Origin: Cycas panzhihuaensis
Lineage: Eukaryota; Plantae; Cycadophyta
NCBI GenBank assembly: GCA_023213395.1
Contig: CM041465.1
Location: 94,929,741 to 94,993,740 of the forward strand
Direction of reading: 5' to 3'
Length of the DNA: 64,000 nucleotides
Shown: in pieces, positions 23,940 to 36,400 of the stretch
Layout: every line of letters begins with the position of its first letter
Position numbering within the stretch: position 1 is the first letter of the stretch
The notes under the pieces: model-generated
The model's database searches: none
Told to the model about the DNA's origin: nothing
The model's input: only the letters and a program-made list of their open reading frames with translations
Program-made: the position numbers and the translations under genes

Positions 23940-26504
23940 ATAGACTACTGACCTCTAACTAATTCACGGTTGGCCTAATAACATATTAAACTTAAGGTCA
24001 AAGTTAATGATGGTGACTCCTTCCATAATAACCTTACCCATCAAAGTAATAAGAAGAGTTACTTGGCTAATTAGGGTCTTCTAACTCTTATCAAATCCTT
24101 GAGAAACCTAATTAACTTGATCATAAGTTAAGATCTCCAAGTCTTCTAAGAGATGTAAAGGGATAATATTAACAAAAGAACCTTTGTCCATTAAACACCT
24201 CTTAATTTTTGATGTTCTCTTTCATTATCTTAACATAGAAGGGGGTTGTCTTATTATGGTTTCTATCTTCCTCATTAGGTGATGTGGCAAGATTAAAGAC
24301 TAATTTGGGTTTTCTAAGTGAACTAGGCATTGGCACCCCAAGAGTATTAACGAGAAGTTATCTTTGATCTAGTTAGCTCTTCAATAAACCCATGACTAAG
24401 ATTTTTAGAGGAATAATTTTTAGTTCCTCTATAAGTGAAAAGAGACATCCTTAGTATATTATGGTATAGACTTGAAGTGAATAAGCTAGATAGGTAACTC
24501 AAGAGGAGCATTTTAAGGCTTTTCTTTAGGTATAGAATCCTCACTAAGAGGCTTAGTTGAGGTAGAGGCTTTATATGATTTTACCATGTTAATGGTTTTA
24601 TAAGGATCTTTTCCCTTTATATGAGGTTTGTTTTGAGCATTAACCTTATTAGGATCATGTTTAGGTGGAGGAGAGATTTTGTTTGCTAGCTTAGAGTCAA
24701 AGTCTGAGGAATCACTATTGTCTTGGGTTTTTACTTTACCCTTATCCTTACAAGCCTTCTTCATATGATTGAATAATGGATCTTTATAGATTAATTGGTC
24801 TTGATTGGGCCTAAAGGTAGGTTTATCATTGGCTTCATCATGACAAAGGAGGGGTTTGAGCTTATTGTAGTCTTCATGATCATGGGTATCAGTTTGATGA
24901 CAAGAACACCATGGTGCTTTCTTAGGAAGGGAGGCACTAGATGTTTGCCATTTATTTTATTCTGTGAATTAAATGACCTTTGCCTCCTTCTTATATTTAG
25001 GATTAGAATAGGAGTCAATGTGGAGCTTAGTATTAATAAACATTTCTTGGGATTGAATGGTTGATATAAGATGATTATACATATAATCACCCTAAGGAGT
25101 TATTGAGTCTATTAGGTAGATTTTTGATGCTCGATTGGATTCTAAAGGCCTCAAAAGCTAAACATTTATTAATTACATCCTCATACGATGTAGCCCTTAA
25201 CTTGAGAATCTCCAAGTGGACTTAGGGTCTTAAGCACTAGTGAATAAGTCATTATCCAAGGAGACTTGAGAGGCATGGACTAAGTCTTAAAAGTGGTAGA
25301 TAAAGTAACAAAAAAACTCATTTATTCCTTGCTTAATGGATAACAAGGCATTGATCATGGTATTAAAATGATGAGCAACATCAAATTAACTAATAAAAGC
25401 ATTAACCAATTACTAAAAAGAATAAATGGATGTGGGCTGAAATCGATAGAACCATTATATGATGAAGAGTCTTAGAAAAGAGTCATATCATCATGTAGTC
25501 ATAAGATAGGTAGTAAGTACATACAAGTTCAAAGGCTCGGATATGGGTTGTTGGGTCCTAAGTTGACTTGCCTATGAAGTTAGGTAGTTTGAGAACAAAG
25601 GGAGGAAGCATAGAAAGAAGGATTTCTTGTGGAAAGGGACTACTTCTATAGTTTATATATGACTTCTTAGACCTTAGCGATGAGGATGGTTGAGGTGTTG
25701 TTTGGGCATGATCATGACATCTTATTACCCTACATGAGTGGGATATGTAGGATTAAAACGATGACGATGAGACCCCATAAATCTAGAGTAAGATACAATG
25801 GGAATATGAGAAGTAGATTCCCCCTACAAGATGAAACCCTCAAGTGATGAGATATATGGGGAGTATATGACCTATAGCCAAAGGGTTGGCCTAAAATAAT
25901 CTAATGGTTTAGTGTAGGCATTAGGCCATGAGAGGCAATGGGGCCTTACCAAGATTGTGAAACATGTAACTATAGGACTTGCTAGCTCATGCCCCACATA
26001 TAGGAAGGTTATGTGGGATAGGCATATGGAGATAGTTGAGGGCTAAAAAGTTAAGTAGGAGGCTCATGTATTTAGGTGGCTTAAGTGAAAAGGTTATCTT
26101 GTTAGAAGTTATCACCTCTAATAGATGGATGAGCACCTCTAGGTGATAGAGGAGGAAAATATTTGTGTGAGAGAAAAGGACTAGAAATAATGTCATGAGT
26201 AGGAGGAATAGGTCTCCCTTGGAGAACCAATTGAGAAGTTTTAATTAGAGGAGTAAACTAGTGAGCCATAGAAGATGCAAAATGAGGACCTTGATCATGA
26301 TCATTGGGGTCAATATCTGATAAGGAGGGATGGAGTAAAAGCATGCAATCTCCTTGCTTCTATGTTGTGATGTATCAGTAGAATTGAGTTGTGGTGACAG
26401 GACCTATAACTTGATCAAAGGGATATGCCATTGTAGGAGGAGGTATGCCATGAATACCCCATGTTCCTCATTATGAAACATGGACTTATCATGATATACA
26501 TAAT
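23940..26504 (-). pseudogene. Decayed gypsy gag and aspartic protease of F
   Basis: LKLPNFIGKST*DPTTHIRAFE (~25560), LLSIKQGINEF (~25340), KIKRCLMDKGSFVNIIP (~24190), FNMLLGQP (~23980). Confidence 0.85.
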
Positions 26505-27200
26505 TAAAAAGAGTGGATCTATCCTTCATCTCCATGCACTAAACACAAAGGTAAACATGGGAGAAAGAGAGACTTGAGAGAAAGAAAGTAGCTCTCATGA
26601 AATAGGGAGGTAAGAATGAGCCTCTTCCATTGATCTTTTATTTTTATATTAAGAGAGGGAGCATTAGAGTTAGTGTAGGAAATATATTTTGCAGGAGAAC
26701 AGGGTAGAACATGTAATAGAATCATATAGATCAATATTGTAATAATACATCAATGTATCACAATCACAATAGCATAAACTATGAAAGCATTATTGTTTAA
26801 TCTATTGTAGCAGAAATGGGCATTACAAATTTCTTAAATATTGGAGGTAGTGTCTAAAGACACCAAGGTTGCACACCCCTTAATATTTATAGTTTGGGGG
26901 AGGAGGGAAACTCCTCAACCCCTGAATTCAAAATAATAATAAAATAATATTCACTTAACTCAAATGAAACTAACTCAACTTAATATAAATCAAAGTTAAA
27001 CTTACCTTAACTTACCTTGACATGTTGAGCATCACATGTCTAAATTGAATATGGTGAAGTGTACAATCCTGGTTGGAAGGTGGGAGTGGAGTGATGATAA
27101 TTAACTCCAACATTCTCCCCCTTAATGTCATCACGAATACTTGTATCTTTTCTTTGAACTTATGGGACTTGTACTTGAAAAAAACTTTGAAGTTCTGATC

Positions 27201-27869
27201 TTAATCTTTATCAACTCTTCTCACCTTTATAGCCACATATGTCTCTTTATCATGGAATGATGTAAAAAAACTATAAGTAGATGAAACTTGATTCAAATAT
27301 AAATGAATAGCTGTAATTTTGACTTTGTCAACTGGAACATTAAGAAGCCTTTGAACTTGAACTTTTGTAATCTTTATGCTTTGAACAACTGTTATATCAT
27401 TAGGTTCATTATTTGTCATATCATTACATTCATTCTTTGTCATGTCATATGATTCATTTTCATTCTCCCCCTCAAATAGAGGATCAAATCCTTGTGTAGC
27501 AAGTTGGTCCTGTATTTGATTTGAATCTTCATTGGATTTGTCATCATGAATCACCCGTTCTGTCACATGTCTCACATACTCAACACAAATATCATCAAAT
27601 ACATGGAGGGTATCTCCCCCATAACTGGAAATTAAAATATCCCAAACAGATTTAGAGGTCGTTAATTCATAAACCTTTGAAAAAACATCATCATGCATAG
27701 TGCAAAATAATAATCTTAATGCTTCATTATCCTTTCTAAAATTTTCTTTAATGCTAAGGTCACATTTATGTTGTAAATACTTCAAAAGATCATGTTCAAT
27801 AAAGTAAGTTTGCATGGTGTCATACCATAGTGAAATGTTATGGCCATCGAAAATAGGAAATTGTGCCAT
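27201..27869 (-). CDS. Open mini-Gag ORF of E (~222 aa; DUF4219/UBN2 N-terminal part plus acidic tail)
   Basis: MAQFPIFDGHNISLWYDTMQTYFIEHDL...KDNEALRLL...TTSKSVWDILISSYGG, then D/E/N-rich region; frame continues past the TAA (DQNFKVFFKYKSHKFKEKIQV) into the PPT. Confidence 0.8.
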   Translation of the reverse strand: MAQFPIFDGHNISLWYDTMQTYFIEHDLLKYLQHKCDLSIKENFRKDNEALRLLFCTMHDDVFSKVYELTTSKSVWDILISSYGGDTLHVFDDICVEYVRHVTERVIHDDKSNEDSNQIQDQLATQGFDPLFEGENENESYDMTKNECNDMTNNEPNDITVVQSIKITKVQVQRLLNVPVDKVKITAIHLYLNQVSSTYSFFTSFHDKETYVAIKVRRVDKD

Positions 27870-29364
27870 TTGATCAAAAACTTTAATACATATAATGTAT
27901 GCTTTTACTAAATCAAGAAGGTCAATAAATACAATGAATATATATGATTTCAAACAAAGATTTTGAAGTATATGTAATGCCTTTTGAAAATAAATGAATT
28001 AAATGCAATAATAAAATAATGAATATAGAAGCAACTTTGAAATCATATACCAATATTCTTTTAACGATACAAATCTAAAATAAGACCTTAACCTTTAGAT
28101 TTTCTTCAAATAAATAAATGTAAATTATTAATGCAATAAATCATTAGCCTTGATAATAATGTATAATACTAAAAAAAATTGAAATATATGTATATTTTAC
28201 TTAGAAAGATAAGGAGTATGAAGAAACTTTTTAAAAGAAGGGTTAGAGGACAACCTTAAGTTTGACAGCTTCAAAAATATACTAAATGATATCAGAATGA
28301 TGTAAAACTTTATGAGTATGAATATAAACAAAATATAAATTCAACAGAACTAATTGTTTTGAAAACGAGTTTCTATAAGTCAAGTTTTGACAAATCAAAG
28401 AAACAGGCCTTGTTTTGAGGCACAATAGGAGTACGGGACTCAAAATTACATAAAAATGCTAATAAAACTTTAGAAAGTGTTGAAAAATGATTAAATATAT
28501 TTTTTAAAACTACTAAATATATGTTTGGTTGAAAAATTTTATATGAAAATATGTGAAAAATGATAGATAGAGGCTAGTAAGTAGTCCAACTTTAATAGAT
28601 TTGAAAATAAGTAAAAACGCCTTAAAACGGATGAAAACTATGTCAATTCAAAGGGAAATGAGCCAACTTCCCAACAAAGCTTATGGAATTAAATTTGGAT
28701 GTTAAATAGAAAAGTTACAGTAAAAATAGTAACAAGTACCTTTATGTAAAAATGTTTAAAAAACGCTAAAAAACACTAAAAAGTCAATTTCAACGATTAA
28801 AATAATAGTCAAAATAAATTCTAAAAAATAAAATAAAATATGAGTTTTGAAGTCTGTTCAACTAGATCAATGTAGAATAAATTTGGGCTGAAAATAGTTT
28901 CCAGGTAATAAAAGATAACTAGTTCAAAAAGTATTTTTATAAAAAATTAAAAAAAGGCTAAAAAAATGGTTGATTGACTTTAAAACGACTGAAACGGGGT
29001 CAACTCTACACCAAATTGGTCATATGACTAGTCAAAATTAATCTACAGAAAATTTCTAATCTAATGGAGGTGGTTTCATCAGAAATTGATGCTCCAGTGA
29101 AGAGTTATGGCAAAAAAACACCAATAACCCTACAAAAAATAAAAAATTAAAAAAAATTAAATGGAAAAAGATTTTTAAGATTGTTGGCCCCTTGTGATAA
29201 CAACAAAGGTCACATGGTAATCTCTTATGACTGGGGGCTGAGTTATAAGGGGGCTAGGGTTTTCAAAACCCTAGATCTCAAAATATATTCAATATTCAAT
29301 ATGGTTAATTTTTTTTTTTAACTTTATAAAAAATAAAAATTTTGAAAATGAAACCTTTAAAAAA

Positions 29365-31020
29365 AGGTCGGGCGCTTAATGAGTCAGGTTAATATATATA
29401 TATATATAATCTGATGGATGATAGATATATATAAAATAATATAGACACGAGCTGCGCGTCGTGAAATCTTATAGACGCTAGCTGTGTCGCGCCTGTCTGC
29501 CTGCTGCCTGAGCGCTGTTACACGATGTTTCTCCTTGGAATGCTTCCATGTTTATTCACAGGTAACAATAAAGGTTGGAGTTATATTTTTATCTCCTGGC
29601 ATAAAGTTCTTAACGAAAACAAGAGTGATTAATGCCGGGGCATTGTTTGAATTCCAGCCTGCAGAAGTATGTTGAAATGCCACCAAATAACTGCAGAGTG
29701 AGATGCCTAGAGTGTAATTTATCTTCCAATAGAAAATTCCTCCAAACCATAAAAGGATCAAGATTAGAACACTGAACAAATGGAAAAAACTTTATTTTGA
29801 ACTCCAGCTTTAATTTAAATTTGTGTAAAGGAAAACAAATTGACTAGTATTGAAAATTACCCTTCAAAAGGTCAAATTTTACCTGACATCAGTGTTTACC
29901 CAAAAGGGAAGGAGAAATAAAGGTCAAGATTCCAACAAGTCTGACGATCAGAACGATTGAACATAAGAGGACGCCAAGACGCTGAGAAGCGTAATCCAAG
30001 ACGATTAGGCCGATACGAGTAAGCCAAGACGCTGAGATGCTAGCAGAATACCAAGACACTGAGACACTGGCAAATGGGAGAACCCGTTGTCAAGGATGAA
30101 ACCACAGAGATGGTGATGGGGTCTCACATTTAACGTACAAGAATTCCACTGTCTTAAATAATTCAATGCTAAGTATGCAGAGACAACAATTCTTGTCCTA
30201 AATCTAATCTTCAGAGAAATGGATTTCTTGGATCTCTAAACATTCAACGGTGCTCCCCATATCGGGCTTACGATAGATGGTTTTGCACATAGTCTTATGA
30301 GGTTGTGTGAATGGCTTGAAGAATGGCTTCCACTACGTAACTGTGTATGCGGGAGGAGGAGGCAGCAGCCCTGCGTAGACTGTGTGTGCAGAGAAGGAAG
30401 GAATAGGAGGACGTATTGCCTTGTAGAGAAATGTGAATGAGACCTGTTGGGGATGTCTTGGCGTTAGAAGTCAAACGTCAAGACGTGATGAGGACCTATG
30501 GGCCATGGGAGAACGGGAGTCCAACAGGACATCTTGATGTTGGCAGTACCAGAATGTGAGTATGTAGAGTGGCTTTCTCAGAATACCCCACACCAGAATA
30601 GGAGGACTGTGTTACAGAATGGGAGGAACGTGTTACTCTATGTACGAATGTGACAAGAAGCACAGTGATACCCTAAGTGTATAGAAGGAACGGCTTCATA
30701 GATTTGAACGCAAGAGGGGGGAAAGAATGAATTTGGAGAAGGAACGCCTTCGTAGATTTAACTCTTCGTTGAGAATCGCTCGGGAGGAACACTTTGTTCA
30801 TCTATACAAGAATAAAAATAGCAAGGGAGCACGTTTATACAGTCAACTGTGTTATAACATTGTTAAAGGTTCTAGAGGCGTGTAAGCTTCTAGAAGAGAA
30901 CAGAACACAAGCCAATGGAACGGAAGCGAGGCAGAAGAAGTTTGGTTCAGCTTTAAATAAGACAATAACAGGATCTATAATGGAAGAAGTTTGGTTGGGC
31001 TTCAATGAAGACAACGAAAA
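29365..31020. other. CpG-rich non-coding cargo island inside E with short repeated motifs
   Basis: About 50 CG dinucleotides by manual count vs none seen in either E LTR; repeats CCAAGAC(G/A)CTGAG, GAAT(A/G)GGAG(G/A)A, GAAGGAACG.CTTC.TAGATTT, GAAGAAGTTTGGTT. Confidence 0.85.
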
Positions 31021-33473
31021 AGCACTCTCTCAATGTGATGTTCAGGGCCTTTTGCTAACATACATCAAACAAAATAAAATTTTGTAGTTGGATTCCAATT
31101 ATCAAATGTGTTCTGAGTTTCAAGATGCTATACTATGTTCTATTTTTCTCAAGAGCACTTGCCCCTATTTATTTTTTTATGTTTTTTTTTTTCACTTTTA
31201 AATCTTTCAAAGAAAACTTGCTTAATAATATGAGTTTTCAGCTAAAAAAATTTGGAATATATATGTTTAAATTTAAAAAAAATGAAGAACCAAATATTTC
31301 AAGGTCATGCAAAAAATCAAAAAATTTTAAATATACTCGAGCAAGATATATCAAAAAATATGTGTTTAAAAATGAAAAACAACTAAAGAACCTAGAATAC
31401 GCAGTTGTAGCTGGATTGATCTTGTGTATATCTTCTTCAGAAGGCTGAATATGTCTCAAATATTATAGATCTGATAAATAGTTGATTTGTAGACAAAAAA
31501 ATAAGCTTCAAAAGCTTCCAATAGATAAATTTTCTTCCTCATAAGTCGAATATAGGCAGATATGCTGTAACAAATGATTTGGTGGCCAGGATATGCACCC
31601 AAAAGCTGCAGATCTATAAAAAAACTTAAAAATATAGTCAAAAAATATAATAAAAAATATAGATTTGAAATGAAATACAACAGATCTAAAATGAAATACA
31701 GTAGATCTAAACTAAATGTAGCAGAAAATGCTAAAAAACTTGATAAAATAAACAGATCTTAAGCTAAATAATGCAGATCTGACGTGAGTATAGCAGATCT
31801 ATAGCCAAATATTGTAGATATATATAAATATACCAAAAAAAATGGTCAAATAACTGCTGAAACAAGCAGATCTAAAATGAAATATAATAAATATGAAGTA
31901 AAAATTACAGATCTTTGAAGAAAACTTGATAACTTTTATATGCAGTTGATGCTCTTTTGTTAATCTACAAAAAATATCAGATAAGTAGACAAAAAAAACT
32001 TGTAAACTGTCAAAATTATGATAAAACTATAGATCTAAAGAGAAAATAACTCAAATATGAGAAAAACTTAAATATATATAACTTGCTGCTAAAATAATGA
32101 TGAAATATAAGATAAAATGTGTAGAACTGAAGAAATATGGCTTAAATCTGGGAAAAAACTTGAGCAAATATGACTTGCTACCAAAATCCTACGTAGATCT
32201 ACATAAATCTGAAAATAAACCTGAGAAATATTTGTTAAACCAGAAATATAACTCAATAATAATCAAAATCTGCTAAAATAATATATAAAACTTTCTAAAA
32301 AAAATTTAGAAAATAAATATAGCTAATATATCTTGCTTGTAAGAAAATCTGCTGTAGAATGCTAGTAAATCTTGTTGCTCTTCTTCAAAAAAACTTCACC
32401 AATAGAGATGCAATAGCCCAAAATCTTGATCTGATACCAAATGTAAGAAATATATTTTGCAAGAGAATAGGGCAAAATATATAATAGAATCACATAGATC
32501 AATATTGCAACAATACATCAATGTATCACAATCACAATAGCATAAACCATGAAAGCATTGTTGTTCAATCCATTATAGCAGAAATGAGCATTACAAATTT
32601 CTCAAATGTTGGAGGCAGTGTCTAAAGACACCAGGGTTGCACACCCCTTAATATTTATAGTTTGGGAGAGGAGGGAAACTCCTCAACCCCTAAATTCAAA
32701 ATAATAATAAAATAATATTCACTTAACTCAAATGAAACTAACCCAACTTAACATAAATCAAAGTTAAACTTACCTTAATTTACCTTGACATGTTGAGCAT
32801 TACATGTCTAAATTGAAGATGGTGAAGTGTACAATCTTGGTTAGAAGGTGGGAGTAGAGTGATAACAATTAACTCCAACAGTTAGGTGAAATGAAATTAC
32901 ATATAATACATATGAAAGTGCATTTCACTTAAGTAATCTAATTTAAAGTTCACTTAAGAGCCTTTTTAGAAATAATCAACTAATGTAATGACCTTGTGAC
33001 ATTAACCCTTTTCAATCTCCCCCATAATGGTAGAAGGTCATTTTATCCTATTTTATTCTATCCTATGAGGTCTTCATTTGAGCCTCTTACAAAGCAAACT
33101 ACTATGACACTTTTGTGGGAAATGCTTATAGGGAAAAAAAACTCACAAATTTTCTAATCTACTAACCTGGCTCAAGCGACTCTTTAAACGAAGCCAGATA
33201 GCTAATCAATATAATGAATTTTATAGCTAAAATCTATTGAGTCTCCATATACCATTTGATCATCTCCCATGCCCTTTTAAGTTTTCACAGGTTCTAATTT
33301 TCCAAAATGATACAATCCTTATCTTTTCGTGTCCACAAGGGTTTTTCACGAATGGGATAGAGCAGAGACTTACTCTTGTCCTTTCGTACCCACAAGGGAT
33401 TTTTACAAATGAGATTGAGTATGATGGTCCTATTATCATCTCCTTCAATCAGTCAGAGATGGAGGCCCTAAGG

Positions 33474-36400
33474 CTGAGTTACTTTCAAAACTATTCAAAC
33501 TTCACCCTCTTTGGCGGTTTGGTGAAGATATCGACCACTTGATCTGTTGTGGGGCAGTACTCTAGTTAAATTATGCTATCATGAACTAGTTCTCTAATCC
33601 TGTGGAATTTTGTACTTATATATTTGGTATGATCATGAAATAAAGGAATTTTAGCCATCTAGATTATAGATTAATTATCTATATGTAATTTAGTAGAACT
33701 TATTTCGGTGGCATTTAATGTATTCAATAATTTTCTAAGTCATATCACCTCCTTGCTTGTCTCGAACGCAGTAATATACTCAGCTTTGGTGGTTGAGTCT
33801 GCAACTATCTTCTACCATATGGATCTCCATGATATTAGTGTTGTTCCAAGAAATGTTATATACCCAAACATAGATCTTCCTATGTTTTTATCTCTGGCAA
33901 AGTCTGAGTCTATATATGTATAAAGTTTAAATTCTACATTAGGTTCATATAACAGACCATATTTGTTGGTCGTCTTTAGGTACCTCAACACTTGTATTAT
34001 AGCTTGCCAATGATTCTTCTTAGGATTTTTCATGAATCTTGTAAGAATACCGACAGAATGTGTAATATATGGCCTTGTGTTGGTAGTATAGATGAGACTA
34101 CCTACAAGTTACCTATAGAGTGTTGCATTTGCCTCCCTAATGTCATCATCGGCTGAGTGTTTAATATTAGGCTCCATAGGTATATCCACTGGTCAAGCAC
34201 CTTCTAATTAAAACTTTGTCAGAAGATCATTGATATATTTTTCTTGGGAGAGAAAGATTTTGCCATTCTTTTGAGTTACTTCAATTCCCAAGTAATATTT
34301 CATCAACCTAAAGTCAAACAATTCAAAAGTTTTATCAAGTTCCTTCTTTAGCTAGTTGATTATCTGTTCATTATTCCTCATTATTAGCATGCCATCTATA
34401 AAGATTAAAAGGTAAGTGACTTTATCATTTTGGCGCTTGATGAATAATGTTGCATCAATATCTTGATAGTCATAAACCTCATATCCAAGTTACCTCCTTC
34501 TCTTAGACAACTTGGTAAACCAAGTATAAGGAGCTTACTTTAGGTCGTACAAGGACTTTTTCAGCCTACAAACCTTATGCTTCTGACCAACAATATCATA
34601 TCCTTCTAGCTGAGCCATGTAAATTTCTTCTTTAAGGTCCCTATTGAGAAATGCAGTCTTAACATCGAGTTGGTAGATTTTCCAACCCTGTTGAGTAGCC
34701 AAGGCTATAAGAGTTCTGATTGTAAGCCACTTGGTTATACGAGCAAAGATTTTAGTGTAGTTGATGCCTTCTCTTTGCATGAATCCTTTTGCTACCAACC
34801 TCACCTTATGTTTTTCTAGGATGCCATCTAATTTATACTTATTTTTTAACACCTATTTATTTTGAACTACCTTTCTTTCAAGTGGTAGATCAACAAGCTC
34901 CTATGTACCATTCTTGATAAGAGATTGGTGCTCTTCATTCATGGCATTTCTCCAAGTTGTATGCTTTATAGCTTCTTGGTACGTTAGGAGCTCTTCATTA
35001 AGAGCAAGGTGTAGTTCTACTAGTTCAAGCTCAATAGAAAGTGATTCATGCATCCTTGCTCTATGGGCACTTCTAGTGCCTTTTTTCCTACCTCATCTAG
35101 TTACATATCCTTGTGTAGCTAGTAGGCTTCACAAAAACCTCAAGTTAGGAATGAGGTTTTCATTTCTATGGACTCTTGGTTTTTATTTTGATCCTGAAAA
35201 GGATCATGTGAAATGTTTGGCATAGAGGAAGTTGACGAAGCTGGAGAAGATGGGCCAGCCACAGATGTTGGAGAAGATGATCCTTCTGCTATGGCTTTAC
35301 CTTTATCAAGTTGTTTATTCATAAATGATGGTGTTGGATGTGTACACATTGGTTGGGAGTCATAACTTGTATCCTCTAAGGCTCTATTGTTAGATTCTAA
35401 GATTTTGAGCAACTGTTGAGCATCTCCCCCCTAAATTTTGGAATATGGACATCAAATTCAATAACATCATTAAGTCAGTATGAAGGTGTCTTAGAGTCAA
35501 GTCTGAGTAATTAATCTTTAGTCTCTATAAAGATAACATCTCTAGTGATGATGATTTTACACTATGAAGGTATGAAAACCTTGTACCCCCTTTTGTCCAT
35601 AGGGTATCTGACAAAGATGTCTTTGATGGCTCTATCTTGGAGCTTATTTCTTTGTTCCTCCAGAATATGAGTATAAAAGTAGAGCCAAAAATTCTGAAGT
35701 GGGAGATAGAGGGGATTTGTCTATACCACATTTCATGTAGAGAGTGGTCGAGCTTAGAGGGACTAACAATGTTTATGTAATACACAACAGTCCAGATTAG
35801 CCTCATCCCAAAGATAGACAGGGACATTCTTATATACCAGCATAGCATGAGTCATGTTCATGATGGTCCTATTTATGCACTTAACAACTCCATTTTACTA
35901 GGGTGTACTTGCAATAGTGGTCTGATGTTTAATTCCATGTTGACGTAGATATGATTCAAACTCATTGGATGTGTACTCGCCACCATTGTCAGTCTTGAGT
36001 ATTTTAATCTTAAATCTAGATTCATTTTCCATGTGGGCCTTGAAAGCTTGATACATAGAAAAAGATTCATCTTTCTTTGCAAGAAAAGTAACACATACTT
36101 TCTTGGTAAAATCATCAATAAAAGTAATATAGTACCACTTTTGTTCGAGAGAAGAGATGGGCATAGGACCACCTATATCTGAGTGTGCAAGCTACAAAGT
36201 TTAGCTAGATTTCCACTGACTACGAGGAAAGGGTTGTCTTTGAGATTTGATAATAATACATGCTTCATATTTAAAGGGCTTAGAGGAGAGCCTAGGCAAA
36301 CCAGGAAGAGTGGCTTGTAGTTCTCTTAAATGATCAATTTTGATATAGCCCATACAAGCATACCATAGGGCTACCTAGGACAACTTTTGAGGAGTCAGGG

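Larger units (their letters stand above)
26674..32880 (-). mobile_element. Element E: 6.2-kb non-autonomous copia derivative, 439-bp LTRs, ~4.5-kb non-coding leader
   Basis: LTRs 26674-27112 and 32442-32880; TSD GTTAG; PBS TGGTATCAGATC (32428-32439, -); PPT AAGGGGGAGAA (27113-27123, -). Confidence 0.97.

Noticed and set aside
29965-30660. Global 21-nt phasing (TAS/PHAS-like) of the cargo motifs
   Set aside because: Only one adjacent pair is 21 nt apart; other spacings (22, 28, 27, 54, 102, 44) are out of register
30650-31030. Partial resemblances to miR156/529/535/159/164 sequences
   Set aside because: Matches are short and gapped, no hairpin precursor visible, expected by chance when scanning many miRNAs from memory
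29484-31762. Short ORFs in E's leader as a captured host gene or env
   Set aside because: No recognisable domain, overlapping on both strands, low-complexity K/F/Y-rich products of AT-rich DNA
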